A stretch of 62,884 nt of DNA, filler included. It is 6 parts of 6 records of this genome, joined end to end, with 100 filler letters (N's around TTAATTAATTAA, not from the genome) between each part and the next. Parts side by side here need not be neighbours in the genome. Positions count along the whole stretch, not along the records: positions 32,038 to 49,288 come from SRR31156797_21816; 5 more parts are not named here. The stretch is one strand, 5' to 3'. Each line of letters begins with the position of its first letter. The stretch's first letter is position 1. Below, piece by piece: positions 32,622 through 42,403 of this stretch. The position numbers were made by a program, and so were the translations under genes. The notes beneath the pieces are model-generated. The model was not told the origin of the DNA, made no database searches, and saw only the letters and a program-made list of their open reading frames with translations.

Positions 32622-33718
32622 AAAACCTTCTTGTTACAGGCGGAGCCGGTTTTATCGGCACCAATTTTATATATTACTGGCTCGACAAATACCCGGAAGA
32701 CCATATCGTGGCTCTGGATGCCCTCACTTATGCCGGCAACAAGGGTAACCTGATAGAAGCGGAAAAGAATCCCAAATTCGAATTTGTTCACGGCAATATT
32801 TTAGATCAGTCCCTGGTGGAGGCCTTGCTGGAAAATCACAAGATCGATACAATCGTCCACTTTGCAGCGGAATCCCACGTAGACAGATCTATCCACGGCC
32901 CGGATGAATTCATTAACACAAACATCGTTGGCACCCACGCCCTGCTCAACGCCGCCAAAAAGATCTGGCTGGATCCCAACGCTAAAACTAAACCCCACAG
33001 GTTTCACCATATTTCAACAGACGAGGTGTATGGCACATTAGGTCCCGAAGATCCTCCTTTTACGGTATTAACTCCCTATGCGCCAAATTCTCCCTATGCA
33101 GCCAGCAAGGCGTCCTCCTACCATTTGGTCCGGGCATACCATGAAACCTACGGCCTTAACACCACCATCAGCAACTGCTCCAACAACTACCGCCCCTTTC
33201 AGTTCCCGGAAAAACTGATTCCCCTTGTGATCATCAACATCCTGTTTAATAAATCCTTGCCAATATATGGTGACGGCAGGCAAATTAGGGACTGGCTCTA
33301 CGTAGACGACCACAACTGGGGTGTGGACCTGATATTGGAAAAAGGCATACCCGGCCAGACATATAATATCGGCGGCAACAATGAATGGGCAAATATTGAT
33401 ATTGTTCATTTGATCTGCGACCTGCTGCTGGAGCAGTTTTCCACGGATAAAACCCTGGTTGAACGATTTACCGACTCACCAGCAGCACAGGCAAATCATC
33501 CGAACATCTTGATTTCCCACGTAAAAGACAGGGCAGGGCACGACCGGCGGTATGCCATCAATGCCCAAAAGATCCAAAATGATCTTGGATTTTTACCCGA
33601 AAAATCCTTTGAAACCGGTATCCGTAAAACCCTTACGTGGTTTCTGAACCATCAACCATGGTGGAATACGCTGCTGAGCGATTCCTATAAAGCCTGGATT
33701 GCGACAAACTATTCCTGA
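32618..33718 (+). CDS. rmlB: dTDP-glucose 4,6-dehydratase
   Basis: VTGGAGFIG, HFAAESHVDRSI, STDEVYG, YAASK and DRAGHDRRY. Confidence 0.93.
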   Translation: MKNLLVTGGAGFIGTNFIYYWLDKYPEDHIVALDALTYAGNKGNLIEAEKNPKFEFVHGNILDQSLVEALLENHKIDTIVHFAAESHVDRSIHGPDEFINTNIVGTHALLNAAKKIWLDPNAKTKPHRFHHISTDEVYGTLGPEDPPFTVLTPYAPNSPYAASKASSYHLVRAYHETYGLNTTISNCSNNYRPFQFPEKLIPLVIINILFNKSLPIYGDGRQIRDWLYVDDHNWGVDLILEKGIPGQTYNIGGNNEWANIDIVHLICDLLLEQFSTDKTLVERFTDSPAAQANHPNILISHVKDRAGHDRRYAINAQKIQNDLGFLPEKSFETGIRKTLTWFLNHQPWWNTLLSDSYKAWIATNYS

Positions 33719-33740
33719 TGTTTTGAAAAAAGACGATGGG

Positions 33741-34241
33741 GTGAACAAAAAGGAAATAAAAAAATTACCCATTGGAATCTCGACGTTTCTGATTTGGGAA
33801 AAGAAAGGGTCTACAATCCCTTTGACGTGCTTTTGTTTTTGAAAAAGAGACGGTATGGAAATTATTGGTTTTAAAGCGCCACACCCAGCTTTTTAATCAA
33901 ACTTTTGTATCAGAATCAAGGTTTACATACCGGATCTATCGCGTATTGAGATAGATTAGGGGTTGCTTGTCGGGTTTGACCATTCTCGCCTTCTTTCCGA
34001 TGCGGTATTATGCCTGTCAGGGTATCTGAAGGTTAAATCAGTGGAAACACTGGCTCCGGGGCAGAGGATTTTCACATTGGATTATCCCAACCAGGAGGTG
34101 CGTGTCAGTCTAAACATGCATCTTTTGGATTATTTCACGTCCAGCGGTGCTGTAACGGGTAGTCTGCGGTTAAAGATGTCAAAAGCATTTCAATCAGGGG
34201 AAATGGATAAAATAAATTCGTACAAAGACACCAAGCCATAA
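33741..34241 (+). pseudogene. Decayed AAA-ATPase-like/PD-(D/E)XK protein
   Basis: Fragments across frames: KKLPIGISTF; VYNPFDVLLF..NYWF*SATPSFLIKLL; GYLKVK..LDYPNQEV. Confidence 0.75.
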
Positions 34242-34287
34242 AGGTTTTATTTATTTTTTTTCTTTGTGTCTTTGAGGCTTTGTGCGA
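34218..34287. repeat. Periodic palindrome: three 8-mers, a T-rich loop, three inverted 8-mers
   Basis: TCGTACAAAG ACACCAAG CCATAAAG ... CTTTGTGT CTTTGAGG CTTTGTGCGA. Confidence 0.8.
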
Positions 34288-34301
34288 GAATAATATAAAA
34301 A

Positions 34302-34408
34302 GGATATATATTTGGTTCATTTGCCAGAGGGCTGCAAATGAAGACAGTGATATTGACTTGGCCATTGTTGTCAATGAGCTTGATGATACCTTTGAGATGC
34401 AGACCAAA
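34302..34408 (+). pseudogene. Frameshifted minimal nucleotidyltransferase (MNT) fragment
   Basis: GYIFGSFARG in one frame continues as AANEDSDIDLAIVV in another, together giving the GS-x10-DxD motif. Confidence 0.75.
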
Positions 34409-36664
34409 ATGAAAAAACTATTACTTTTCCTGTTTGTACTGTTTATGGTTTCTTCGGCGATTGCTGAGCAAATCCAACCGCCCCATCCGACAGTACGGAC
34501 TTCGCCGGCTCCGACAAACAATGAACCGACGCATGTCAATCCCCCGTCGTTGCTTTGGCCGCTGACCAAAGGGAGCAAGGTGAAGTATGCAGTGCGTCTA
34601 TCGCAAAACAGGAAATTTACGGGAAGGGTTTTCGAAGCAACAAACTTGCGCTGGGGCATCTACAACCCGCACCATAGACTGGACTCCGGAAAATGGTACT
34701 GGCAGTACGCGGTAAACCAGCAGCCAGATAAAAAGCAAAAGTGGTCGCAGGTCTTGCAGTTTTCAATTAGTGATGACCTCCGTACGTTTGTAACGCCGCC
34801 TTCCTCCGACATGATCGCTGCTGCGCATAAGTTGCGGCCGCGTATCCCGGCGAAGCCGGCACCCACCGATAAAAAGAAAATGCGGCAACTGCTTAAGCGA
34901 GCTGACCAACTGCTCAAAGAACCAATCCCTTCCATTGACAAGGCCGCTCCGAAAGAAATGGGAAAAAATAAACTTGAACAAAAAATTTTTGCCAGGGTAG
35001 CCAGAAAAAAAATTGCCAACACCGTATGCAATCGAGTCAAGAACTTGGTGTTGGTCTACCGGATCACCGGCGATGAAAGTTATGGCCGTAAGGCCTTGGA
35101 ATACGGTCTATTCGTGGCTGGTATAGATTCGGACGGCGTGACAGCATTCAAGTATAGCGATTTTGCCTATGGTTCCTACATTCAGGTTCTCGCGCGGGTG
35201 TATGACGGTTGCCATGACCTGATGACACCACATCAAAAACGGCAAATGCGTTACGCATTACGGGGACGCACCTCCCGTTTTTTTCAGATAACAATAAACA
35301 ATCTTGAAGCCAAGGTTTTCAGCGCTCATATCTGGCAGCGTATCTTGGCACAGGCCACTGAAGGGGCACTGACGCTTATCGGTGATGTGCCTGAGGCTGA
35401 AGACTGGCTGGCCTATGTCTACGAATTGTGGGTTGCCAAATTTCCAAACTTGTCCCGAACGGACGGTGCTTGGGCAAACGGCCTCTGCTATTTCAGCGTA
35501 AACCATAGGACAATGCTGGATATACCGACCCTTTTTGGTCAACTGACCGGCATGGATTTTTTCAACCATCCCTGGTACCGCAACGCGCCGTACTACCTGA
35601 TGTACTGCTGGCCACCCGATTCGCCGCCGGACGGCTTCGGCGACGCCACGGGGATAAAGCCGCCGCCTAAGCGCTATGGTACCTTTGCACTGGAGTTGGG
35701 AAAACATCTCAAGAATCCCTATGCGTTGTGGTATGCACAAAGGATACTCGGCAAGCTGGATAACCCTCCAGTTGCTCCAAAGCCACCAACTGATCTCCCG
35801 ATGACGCGGATTTTTACAGATGTCGGAATTGTCACAATGCATACTGACCTGGTTGATGCTACCAGCAATCTGATGATCGCTTTCCGCTCTTCACCATACG
35901 GTGCCTTCAACCACATGCATAGAGACCAGAACAGTTTTAACATCAATTATGGCGGAGAACGCCTCTTTAGAGGCTCTGGTCATTATATTAGTTACGGTGA
36001 CGATCATTACAAGGAATGGTACAACCATACCCGGGGGCACAATTCGATCATGATCGACGGCAAAGGGCAGGTGCTTGGATCCGAGGGCTTCGGTCAGATC
36101 ACTGATTATAAACATACAACCACGTCCACCTACTGCGTGGGCGATGCTTCCCATGCTTACGGGGATGAAATTGGCCTGCGCATCTTCCGCCGCCACCTAT
36201 TATTTTTACGTCCGGGTGTCCTGATAGTTTACGATGAGCTGGAGGCAGGGCACAAGGCCCAATGGGAATGGATGCTACACAGCCCGAACAAACTGACAAT
36301 TGCCAACAAAGTGCTGATGGGCGGCAACAAGAAAGCAAAAACACGGGTAGATTTCTTCGCTTCGTCTCAGTTGGCCATGGACGTTCACACCCGCTATGAG
36401 CCGCCGCCGGTCAACTGGCGAAAGAAAAAAAATAGTAAAGGTGAAATCATTGAATATCCTGATCAGTGGCACTTTTCTGCTGTGTCTGCCATGCCTCAGG
36501 AAAAATTGCGGATTCTGGCCGTCATCCAGGTACAGCCTGCGAATTCTCCTACGCCCATTGACACGCCGCTAATGCTGGGAGATATCCTCTCCTTGGTCGG
36601 TGCCGGAAGGCAAGTTCAGGTGGAATTGAGTACTGATCGTCCCGCGCGGATTCACCTGCGATAA
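34409..36664 (+). CDS. Secreted DUF4962/heparinase II/III-like polysaccharide lyase
   Basis: Signal peptide MKKLLLFLFVLFMVSSAIA from 34409. NPPSLLWP, YNPH, WYWQY, FRSSPYGAFNHMHRDQNSF, HNSIMIDGKGQ and RRHLLFLRP. Confidence 0.85.
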   Translation: MKKLLLFLFVLFMVSSAIAEQIQPPHPTVRTSPAPTNNEPTHVNPPSLLWPLTKGSKVKYAVRLSQNRKFTGRVFEATNLRWGIYNPHHRLDSGKWYWQYAVNQQPDKKQKWSQVLQFSISDDLRTFVTPPSSDMIAAAHKLRPRIPAKPAPTDKKKMRQLLKRADQLLKEPIPSIDKAAPKEMGKNKLEQKIFARVARKKIANTVCNRVKNLVLVYRITGDESYGRKALEYGLFVAGIDSDGVTAFKYSDFAYGSYIQVLARVYDGCHDLMTPHQKRQMRYALRGRTSRFFQITINNLEAKVFSAHIWQRILAQATEGALTLIGDVPEAEDWLAYVYELWVAKFPNLSRTDGAWANGLCYFSVNHRTMLDIPTLFGQLTGMDFFNHPWYRNAPYYLMYCWPPDSPPDGFGDATGIKPPPKRYGTFALELGKHLKNPYALWYAQRILGKLDNPPVAPKPPTDLPMTRIFTDVGIVTMHTDLVDATSNLMIAFRSSPYGAFNHMHRDQNSFNINYGGERLFRGSGHYISYGDDHYKEWYNHTRGHNSIMIDGKGQVLGSEGFGQITDYKHTTTSTYCVGDASHAYGDEIGLRIFRRHLLFLRPGVLIVYDELEAGHKAQWEWMLHSPNKLTIANKVLMGGNKKAKTRVDFFASSQLAMDVHTRYEPPPVNWRKKKNSKGEIIEYPDQWHFSAVSAMPQEKLRILAVIQVQPANSPTPIDTPLMLGDILSLVGAGRQVQVELSTDRPARIHLR

Positions 36665-36805
36665 ATCAGTATGAAACGCAGCCCTTTTGTAACGTTTTTT
36701 TTAATGGTATTTTGTTGGGGCTTGTGCTGTGGGCAGGAGCGCTTTGGCAGATAAAATAAAGCGATTCTTGCATAATTTAGGTACAATTTCAAATATTGAG
36801 AAAAA

Positions 36806-38332
36806 ATGATCAAACGATTTGCATTAAATGCTGGTACTGGACTGTTTTCACAGCTCACCATAGCAATTATTGGCTTTATATTACTTCCTTATGCCATGAC
36901 TCGATTGGGAAGCCAACAGTACGGTATATATCAGTTAGGTTATTCAACTCTTATGCTTATGAGGTTCCTTCAAATAGGTATGGGGCCGACTTTAATACGG
37001 TTTTGTTCAAAAGCAATTGCAGTAAATAACACAGTAGAAATCACAGAAATCATAAGCAATGCTTATTTTATTCTATCTATTATAGGGGTTACTGTTCTAT
37101 TCTTAGGTTTTAGTCTTATTCCTGTTTTTATAAATTTTTATGATATTCAGGTGTCATTAATCGAAGAGTCTAAAGTGTTACTTATTTGCATACTTTTTTC
37201 TTTAGTGGTCAATTTTATTATTTTGGTACCACAAGGAATTCTTACAGGTGCAAACAGAATTGATCTTGTAAACTATACTATTATAATCAGTCGTGTCTCG
37301 TTGCTGCTTGGTGTTGTTTCTTTTTTTGAATTTTTGTCTCCTTCATTATCATATTATGGCTTTGCATCTTTATTATCATCTTTAGTGCAGTTCGGATTAT
37401 TGATATATCTGAGTATTAGAATTGTCGGTTTCTCTACTATATTTTGCTGGAAAAGTCTCAGCATTGATTATATAAAAAAAATTGTCAGTTTTGGATCTTT
37501 AAGTTTTATTAATGCTATTAGCAGCGCAATTACATGGCAAAGCCCAATTTTAATAGCTGGTAAAATTTTGGGAGAAGAAGCGGCGGCGGCATTTGCGCCG
37601 GCACAGTTAGTTAGCCAAACAGCTCAAGGTTTAATGGGTAAAATTTCATCTCCTATTGCGCCTTACGCAAGTAGAAATCTACAAGAAGAAGGTGGCGAAA
37701 AATTTAAATTTTGGGCGTTTACAATCGGTATCATCATAGCAATAATTGGATTTAGTCTTGGGTTGCCATTTATAATATGTGGTGCTGAGCTTGTTAGTTT
37801 TTGGCTAGGCCAAGAACTAATTTGGACTTGGAAAATTATTGCTGTTATGGTCATAGGTGCTGCCATTGCACAAATACAAGCGGTAAATTATTTTCTGGCG
37901 CTTGGCGGTGGAGATATTCGCCCAACAGTTTACAGTCAAGCTGTAATGGCTTTTATTGTTAGTATTGGCATCTATATTGGTACGGCTTATTTTAATTGGA
38001 GCTTATTGGGCGTGGCATTGTTTTTTATTCTTTGTATTATACTGCGTAATACCTTTTACTTAGCTTACGCCTATTCAAATCAGTTTTCTTATAGGTACAG
38101 TTCTTATTTATTGAAAGTATATCTAATCCCAGCCCTATTCGCCTTTTTCAGTATACTCATAGGATATTTTATAAAAATGTTTTTACCTCCAAATAATGTC
38201 TTTTACACAGGTTGTTATATACTACTTGTAAATGGCCTTTACGCTTTAGCTGGGTGGTATATCATCATCCCGAGCCATGTTAAGCTGATTGTCGGTGAAA
38301 AAGTAAGGAAATGGAAATGCCGAAGAACGTAA
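36806..38332 (+). CDS. wzx: Polysaccharide flippase (Wzx/MATE-like)
   Basis: RLGSQQYGIY motif, about 12-14 TM segments, and locus context. Confidence 0.8.
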   Translation: MIKRFALNAGTGLFSQLTIAIIGFILLPYAMTRLGSQQYGIYQLGYSTLMLMRFLQIGMGPTLIRFCSKAIAVNNTVEITEIISNAYFILSIIGVTVLFLGFSLIPVFINFYDIQVSLIEESKVLLICILFSLVVNFIILVPQGILTGANRIDLVNYTIIISRVSLLLGVVSFFEFLSPSLSYYGFASLLSSLVQFGLLIYLSIRIVGFSTIFCWKSLSIDYIKKIVSFGSLSFINAISSAITWQSPILIAGKILGEEAAAAFAPAQLVSQTAQGLMGKISSPIAPYASRNLQEEGGEKFKFWAFTIGIIIAIIGFSLGLPFIICGAELVSFWLGQELIWTWKIIAVMVIGAAIAQIQAVNYFLALGGGDIRPTVYSQAVMAFIVSIGIYIGTAYFNWSLLGVALFFILCIILRNTFYLAYAYSNQFSYRYSSYLLKVYLIPALFAFFSILIGYFIKMFLPPNNVFYTGCYILLVNGLYALAGWYIIIPSHVKLIVGEKVRKWKCRRT

Positions 38333-39681
38333 TACAGGGAGTTGTTGCGGATAATTGGTGTAAAGGATGTGGTATTTGTGTAGCTGTATGTCCTCAAAAG
38401 CGATTAGAGATGCGATGGAATTCACATGGTTGTTATCAACCATTTGAATTGGATAAAGATTGCCTGGCAAAATGTTCGTTATGCTATGATGTTTGCCCGG
38501 CTCATGGAAACAATGCAAATGAAAGTGAATTAGGGGAAAATGAGTATGGTTTAATTGACGGTATTAAATATTCAAAAGAAATGGGGTATTGGCTGAATAC
38601 ATATATCGGTTATTATGGAAGCCAGAGGCTTAAAAGTGCATCAGGTGGTTTGGCAACATATTTTTTGGAAGAATTACTCAAACAAAAATTAGTTGATGGC
38701 ATCATAACGGTCCAAAACACGGGAAACAGCGAAAAATTATTTTCATTTAGCATTTGTCATACAGTATCAGAGTTAAAACAATGTGCTCGGTCAGCGTATT
38801 ATCCTGTAGAAATTGGAACAATATTAAAAGGAGTTCTATCTCACAACAATAACAAATATGCAGTCATGGGGTTGCCCTGTGTATGCAAAGGGTTGCGGTT
38901 AGCTCAGAAACGAATTCCAAAATTAAAAAGTCGATTACCCTATATATTCGGTCTTGTGTGTGGACGGCAATGTTCAAAGTATTTTGCTGAATTCGTTTGT
39001 GCATTAGGTGGGGGAGACCCTGACAAACTTCAGCAAATTATCTTTAGAGATAAAGATCTTGATCAACCGGCAAACAACCACCTAATAAGATTTAGCTGGG
39101 ATTTCAACGGATCTGTTGTAAGTGGGAAAAAATTATGGCAGGATGGGATAAACTCAGCATTTATCAAGGGTTTTTTTCAACCCAACAGTTGTTTTTTCTG
39201 CGATGATATTTTTGCAGAGTGTGCTGATGCCGTTTTTATGGACGCCTGGCTATCAAAATATATCAAAGATTCGAAAGGGCACACTATTATGATTACACGT
39301 AATCATAAAGTTGATGCTCTCCTGGATAGCAATGATGAAATTTTCATGGAAAAAATCGAAAGTGGAAAAGTTATTCAGAGCCAACAGGGCGTTGTGGCGA
39401 AAAAAAGGAAGAGGCGAGTTAAAAAAGATGAACCTAAGCTGCGTTCTGACATGATCATTTGCCCTTCTCTGATAGAACATAAAGTAAACTGCTTGAGAAG
39501 AGATTTGGCATATTGTTCAACCTCAAGCTGGAATTATTCAAAAGAACCCGTACTCCTGCGTAAGCAGTGCCGAAAACCCGTGATCAAGTTATCATTTCTT
39601 CTAAAAATACTTAAAATGCAAAGCCTTATCAAAAGAACCCTGAAAAAATTAATTTTAACACAAAGGAAGGATTCGCAGTGA
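38311..39681 (+). CDS. Coenzyme F420 hydrogenase beta-subunit (FrhB)-like Fe-S protein
   Basis: Two ferredoxin Cys clusters (CKGCGICVAVCP, CLAKCSLCYDVCP), SASGG, GLPC, GLVCG and CFFCDD. Confidence 0.85.
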   Translation: MEMPKNVIQGVVADNWCKGCGICVAVCPQKRLEMRWNSHGCYQPFELDKDCLAKCSLCYDVCPAHGNNANESELGENEYGLIDGIKYSKEMGYWLNTYIGYYGSQRLKSASGGLATYFLEELLKQKLVDGIITVQNTGNSEKLFSFSICHTVSELKQCARSAYYPVEIGTILKGVLSHNNNKYAVMGLPCVCKGLRLAQKRIPKLKSRLPYIFGLVCGRQCSKYFAEFVCALGGGDPDKLQQIIFRDKDLDQPANNHLIRFSWDFNGSVVSGKKLWQDGINSAFIKGFFQPNSCFFCDDIFAECADAVFMDAWLSKYIKDSKGHTIMITRNHKVDALLDSNDEIFMEKIESGKVIQSQQGVVAKKRKRRVKKDEPKLRSDMIICPSLIEHKVNCLRRDLAYCSTSSWNYSKEPVLLRKQCRKPVIKLSFLLKILKMQSLIKRTLKKLILTQRKDSQ

Positions 39682-40832
39682 AAGTTGGGATATTGACAAT
39701 GCGTAGCAAGAAAAATTATGGAGGGACCCTTCAATGCTATGCTTTGCAACATACGATAATGGATATGGGGCATGAAGTAAGTGTAATTTGCTTTTCCCTT
39801 ACTCAAAAAAATAATTTTTTCCGGAAACTTTTAATATTAGCGGATTCTTTTGATAATTTTTCTCAATACATATCCTTTTTTAAAGATGCCTATTTAAAAA
39901 AAATGTCTCAAACAAGGCGGGGAAAATTGCCTCAGGCGTTTCTTGATGGCTTTTCGAGATTTAATGATTCCGAACTTAACTATACCGAATTGGTTGATGA
40001 AAATAGTATTCATAAAGTGGCGAACCAGTTTGATGCTATTGTCGTTGGCAGCGATCAAATTTGGACAGGTCTGACAAAAAAACAATTAACATACCTTCTG
40101 GATTGGACACCTGAATTTATTGGAAATAGAATAAGTTACTCTGCCTGCAGTTCAGATGCAAAAATTCCATTTATTACCCGCAAAAAGGCTGTAGAACTTT
40201 TCAAAAAGTTTGATTTTCTATCTGTTAGAGATCAAAATACGTTTGATTTGGTAAAAAAAACTTGTGGTCGTGCTGCTGAAATAACAGTCGATCCAGTATT
40301 TCTGGATGGATTTCAAGAACTTTATACCTCTGATAATGAACCAGCTGAGCCATATGTTTTTGTATATATAATAGGAAGTGGAATCAGGGGAGGGCATGAA
40401 AAAATTATCGAAAGAATAAGAAAAAAATATGGTTCCATCAAAATTATAGCGGTAGTAATTTCAGATCAATCCCTTGAAGCCGAATTGTTTGCTGATGAAG
40501 TTATTCACGATGCATCACCCCAACAATGGCTGCATTTGATAAAAGGAGCTTCATTTGTTTATACAGATTCCTTTCATGGTTGTCTTTTTGCGATGAAGTT
40601 TCAGAAAGAATTTTTAGGTTACTATTCTTACGCGCATAGAGCTACCCGACTATTAGACTTAAAAAGAAGATATGGGATTGGGAGAAATATTGTTGCGTCA
40701 ATTAATGAAGTTCTCCAATATGATACCATATTGACACCTATCGATTATAGCAAGGTGAATGCGTTAATAGAAAATGAAATACATAAGTCATTCACTTATC
40801 TTAGAGATTGCTTGAAGAATGATAGCGCCTGA
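39678..40832 (+). CDS. Polysaccharide pyruvyl transferase family protein
   Basis: NYGGTLQCYAL, VGSDQIW, SVRD, VDPV and TDSFHG. Confidence 0.9.
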   Translation: MKVGILTMRSKKNYGGTLQCYALQHTIMDMGHEVSVICFSLTQKNNFFRKLLILADSFDNFSQYISFFKDAYLKKMSQTRRGKLPQAFLDGFSRFNDSELNYTELVDENSIHKVANQFDAIVVGSDQIWTGLTKKQLTYLLDWTPEFIGNRISYSACSSDAKIPFITRKKAVELFKKFDFLSVRDQNTFDLVKKTCGRAAEITVDPVFLDGFQELYTSDNEPAEPYVFVYIIGSGIRGGHEKIIERIRKKYGSIKIIAVVISDQSLEAELFADEVIHDASPQQWLHLIKGASFVYTDSFHGCLFAMKFQKEFLGYYSYAHRATRLLDLKRRYGIGRNIVASINEVLQYDTILTPIDYSKVNALIENEIHKSFTYLRDCLKNDSA

Positions 40833-40880
40833 AGTGATTTTTTTATTAAACACTTTTGATCAATATATAGCGTAAATTTT

Positions 40881-42359
40881 ATGATAAAAAATATAAAATT
40901 TTATAATGTGGTTTACCTTCTTTTAGCCCCTTTTCTGGTCTCTTTTTGCATACTTTATACTCCACTAAAAGTCAGCATAGCTGTATTATCAGGTATCATC
41001 TTTACAACGATTATCATCGGGGTGATGAAGAACGGAGTTGATTACTATAATAATCATTTTCTCCCTGTTTTTATTTTCATCATGCTGATTTTATTTATTA
41101 TATCTTCGAATATCATTAAAATAACCCACAGTCCCTTTATCGATGAAATTCTTTTAATTCCATTCATTGTCTGTGCTGCTATTTCTACGGCAAATCATCC
41201 ATTCCAGTTTTTTAACAAAATACAGAACAAATTGATTTGGCTTTTCCTATTTATATTTTTAATGGCTGGTCTTGTCTCCACAATCATCAACCAGGTACCC
41301 CTAAATATTGCGATCCGGGGAGGTTTGCTGATTACCAAACCAATAATCCTATTTATAATTTTTTTATTATTTTCATTTTCTATCAGTTCAAAAAAATATT
41401 TTTATCGCTATCTTAAATATATTTTCGTAACCCTTTGTGTAGTGTCATTATTATGGACCTTGTTTTTTGAAATTGCATTATCATACAACCCTTCTGCCGG
41501 TGAATTACCTAATGAAAGATACTTTGGGTTACAGCCTTTTCGGTCTTTTTACACTCATCCCGTATCTTACAGTGGTATAATGATAATTATCAGCAACTAT
41601 TTTTTTGCATTATTCTTATACAAAAAAAGCTTTAAGAATATTTTATTCTTTATTTTATCTGTTGTAGGGCTTTTATCCACATTTAGAACTAAAGTTATTA
41701 TACTTTTACCAGTGACATGTTGCGTTATCTGGTTTCTGTCCGTTTTACAGGAACATAATAAACATAATATTAGGCGATTATTCATAAAAAAACTGTTGCT
41801 TATTGGAACAGGCCTCCTTTTTAGTCTTTTTTTCCTATGGGTTGGAGGCTCTGTTATCAAAGGTAAGTTAATTACCTATTCTACGACAGAAAATGTGAGA
41901 AAAGCAATTTTTTTAACATCCTTTGAAATCTCAAAAAGAAACAGGGGGTTTGGTGCAGGATTCGGCCGATACGGAAGTGTCGTTAGTACTCGATATTACA
42001 GTCCAGAGTATTATAAATACAGATTAAACACAATGTACGGTGCCTCCCCTGAAAAATCGAACTTCATCACTGATCAATGGTGGGGATGGTATATTGGCGA
42101 ATCCGGAATGATTGGCATGTCAGTTTTTTTGATCGCTCTTTTTCTAATCATTAGAGAATTAATTAATATTGTTCAAATCAATCATTTCAAGTGTCAAAAT
42201 ATAACGGTTGTAGCTTATACCGCGATAGGAGGATTAATTTATGGAATTGGTAGCGGTTTTGCTGCCGCTGGTTTGTCAGGCCCACCAGCATCATATTTTA
42301 TTATGGGACTTGCGGCACTGGCCATAAACTTCAGTTCATCGTCGAAGGAAGCAAGCTGA
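40881..42359 (+). CDS. Probable Wzy polymerase/O-antigen ligase-like membrane protein
   Basis: Multiple TM segments with HP, FGAGFGRYG and GESGMIG motifs. Confidence 0.7.
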   Translation: MIKNIKFYNVVYLLLAPFLVSFCILYTPLKVSIAVLSGIIFTTIIIGVMKNGVDYYNNHFLPVFIFIMLILFIISSNIIKITHSPFIDEILLIPFIVCAAISTANHPFQFFNKIQNKLIWLFLFIFLMAGLVSTIINQVPLNIAIRGGLLITKPIILFIIFLLFSFSISSKKYFYRYLKYIFVTLCVVSLLWTLFFEIALSYNPSAGELPNERYFGLQPFRSFYTHPVSYSGIMIIISNYFFALFLYKKSFKNILFFILSVVGLLSTFRTKVIILLPVTCCVIWFLSVLQEHNKHNIRRLFIKKLLLIGTGLLFSLFFLWVGGSVIKGKLITYSTTENVRKAIFLTSFEISKRNRGFGAGFGRYGSVVSTRYYSPEYYKYRLNTMYGASPEKSNFITDQWWGWYIGESGMIGMSVFLIALFLIIRELINIVQINHFKCQNITVVAYTAIGGLIYGIGSGFAAAGLSGPPASYFIMGLAALAINFSSSSKEAS

Positions 42360-42403
42360 CTTTGTTCTATCATTATTAAAAATCAAAACATAAGGCCCCT
42401 GAT

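Noticed and set aside
34280-34408. N-terminal extension of the 794-aa lyase ORF
   Set aside because: It derives from the palindrome end and the MNT remnant. The signal peptide begins at 34409.
36671-36754. 27-codon ORF resembling a signal peptide (MKRSPFVTFFLMVFCWG...)
   Set aside because: Too short and without an RBS. At most a gene remnant, and not supportable.
38311-39681. Evidence for methanogen-type F420 hydrogenase
   Set aside because: No alpha or gamma subunits or maturation genes, and the gene is embedded in a glycan locus.
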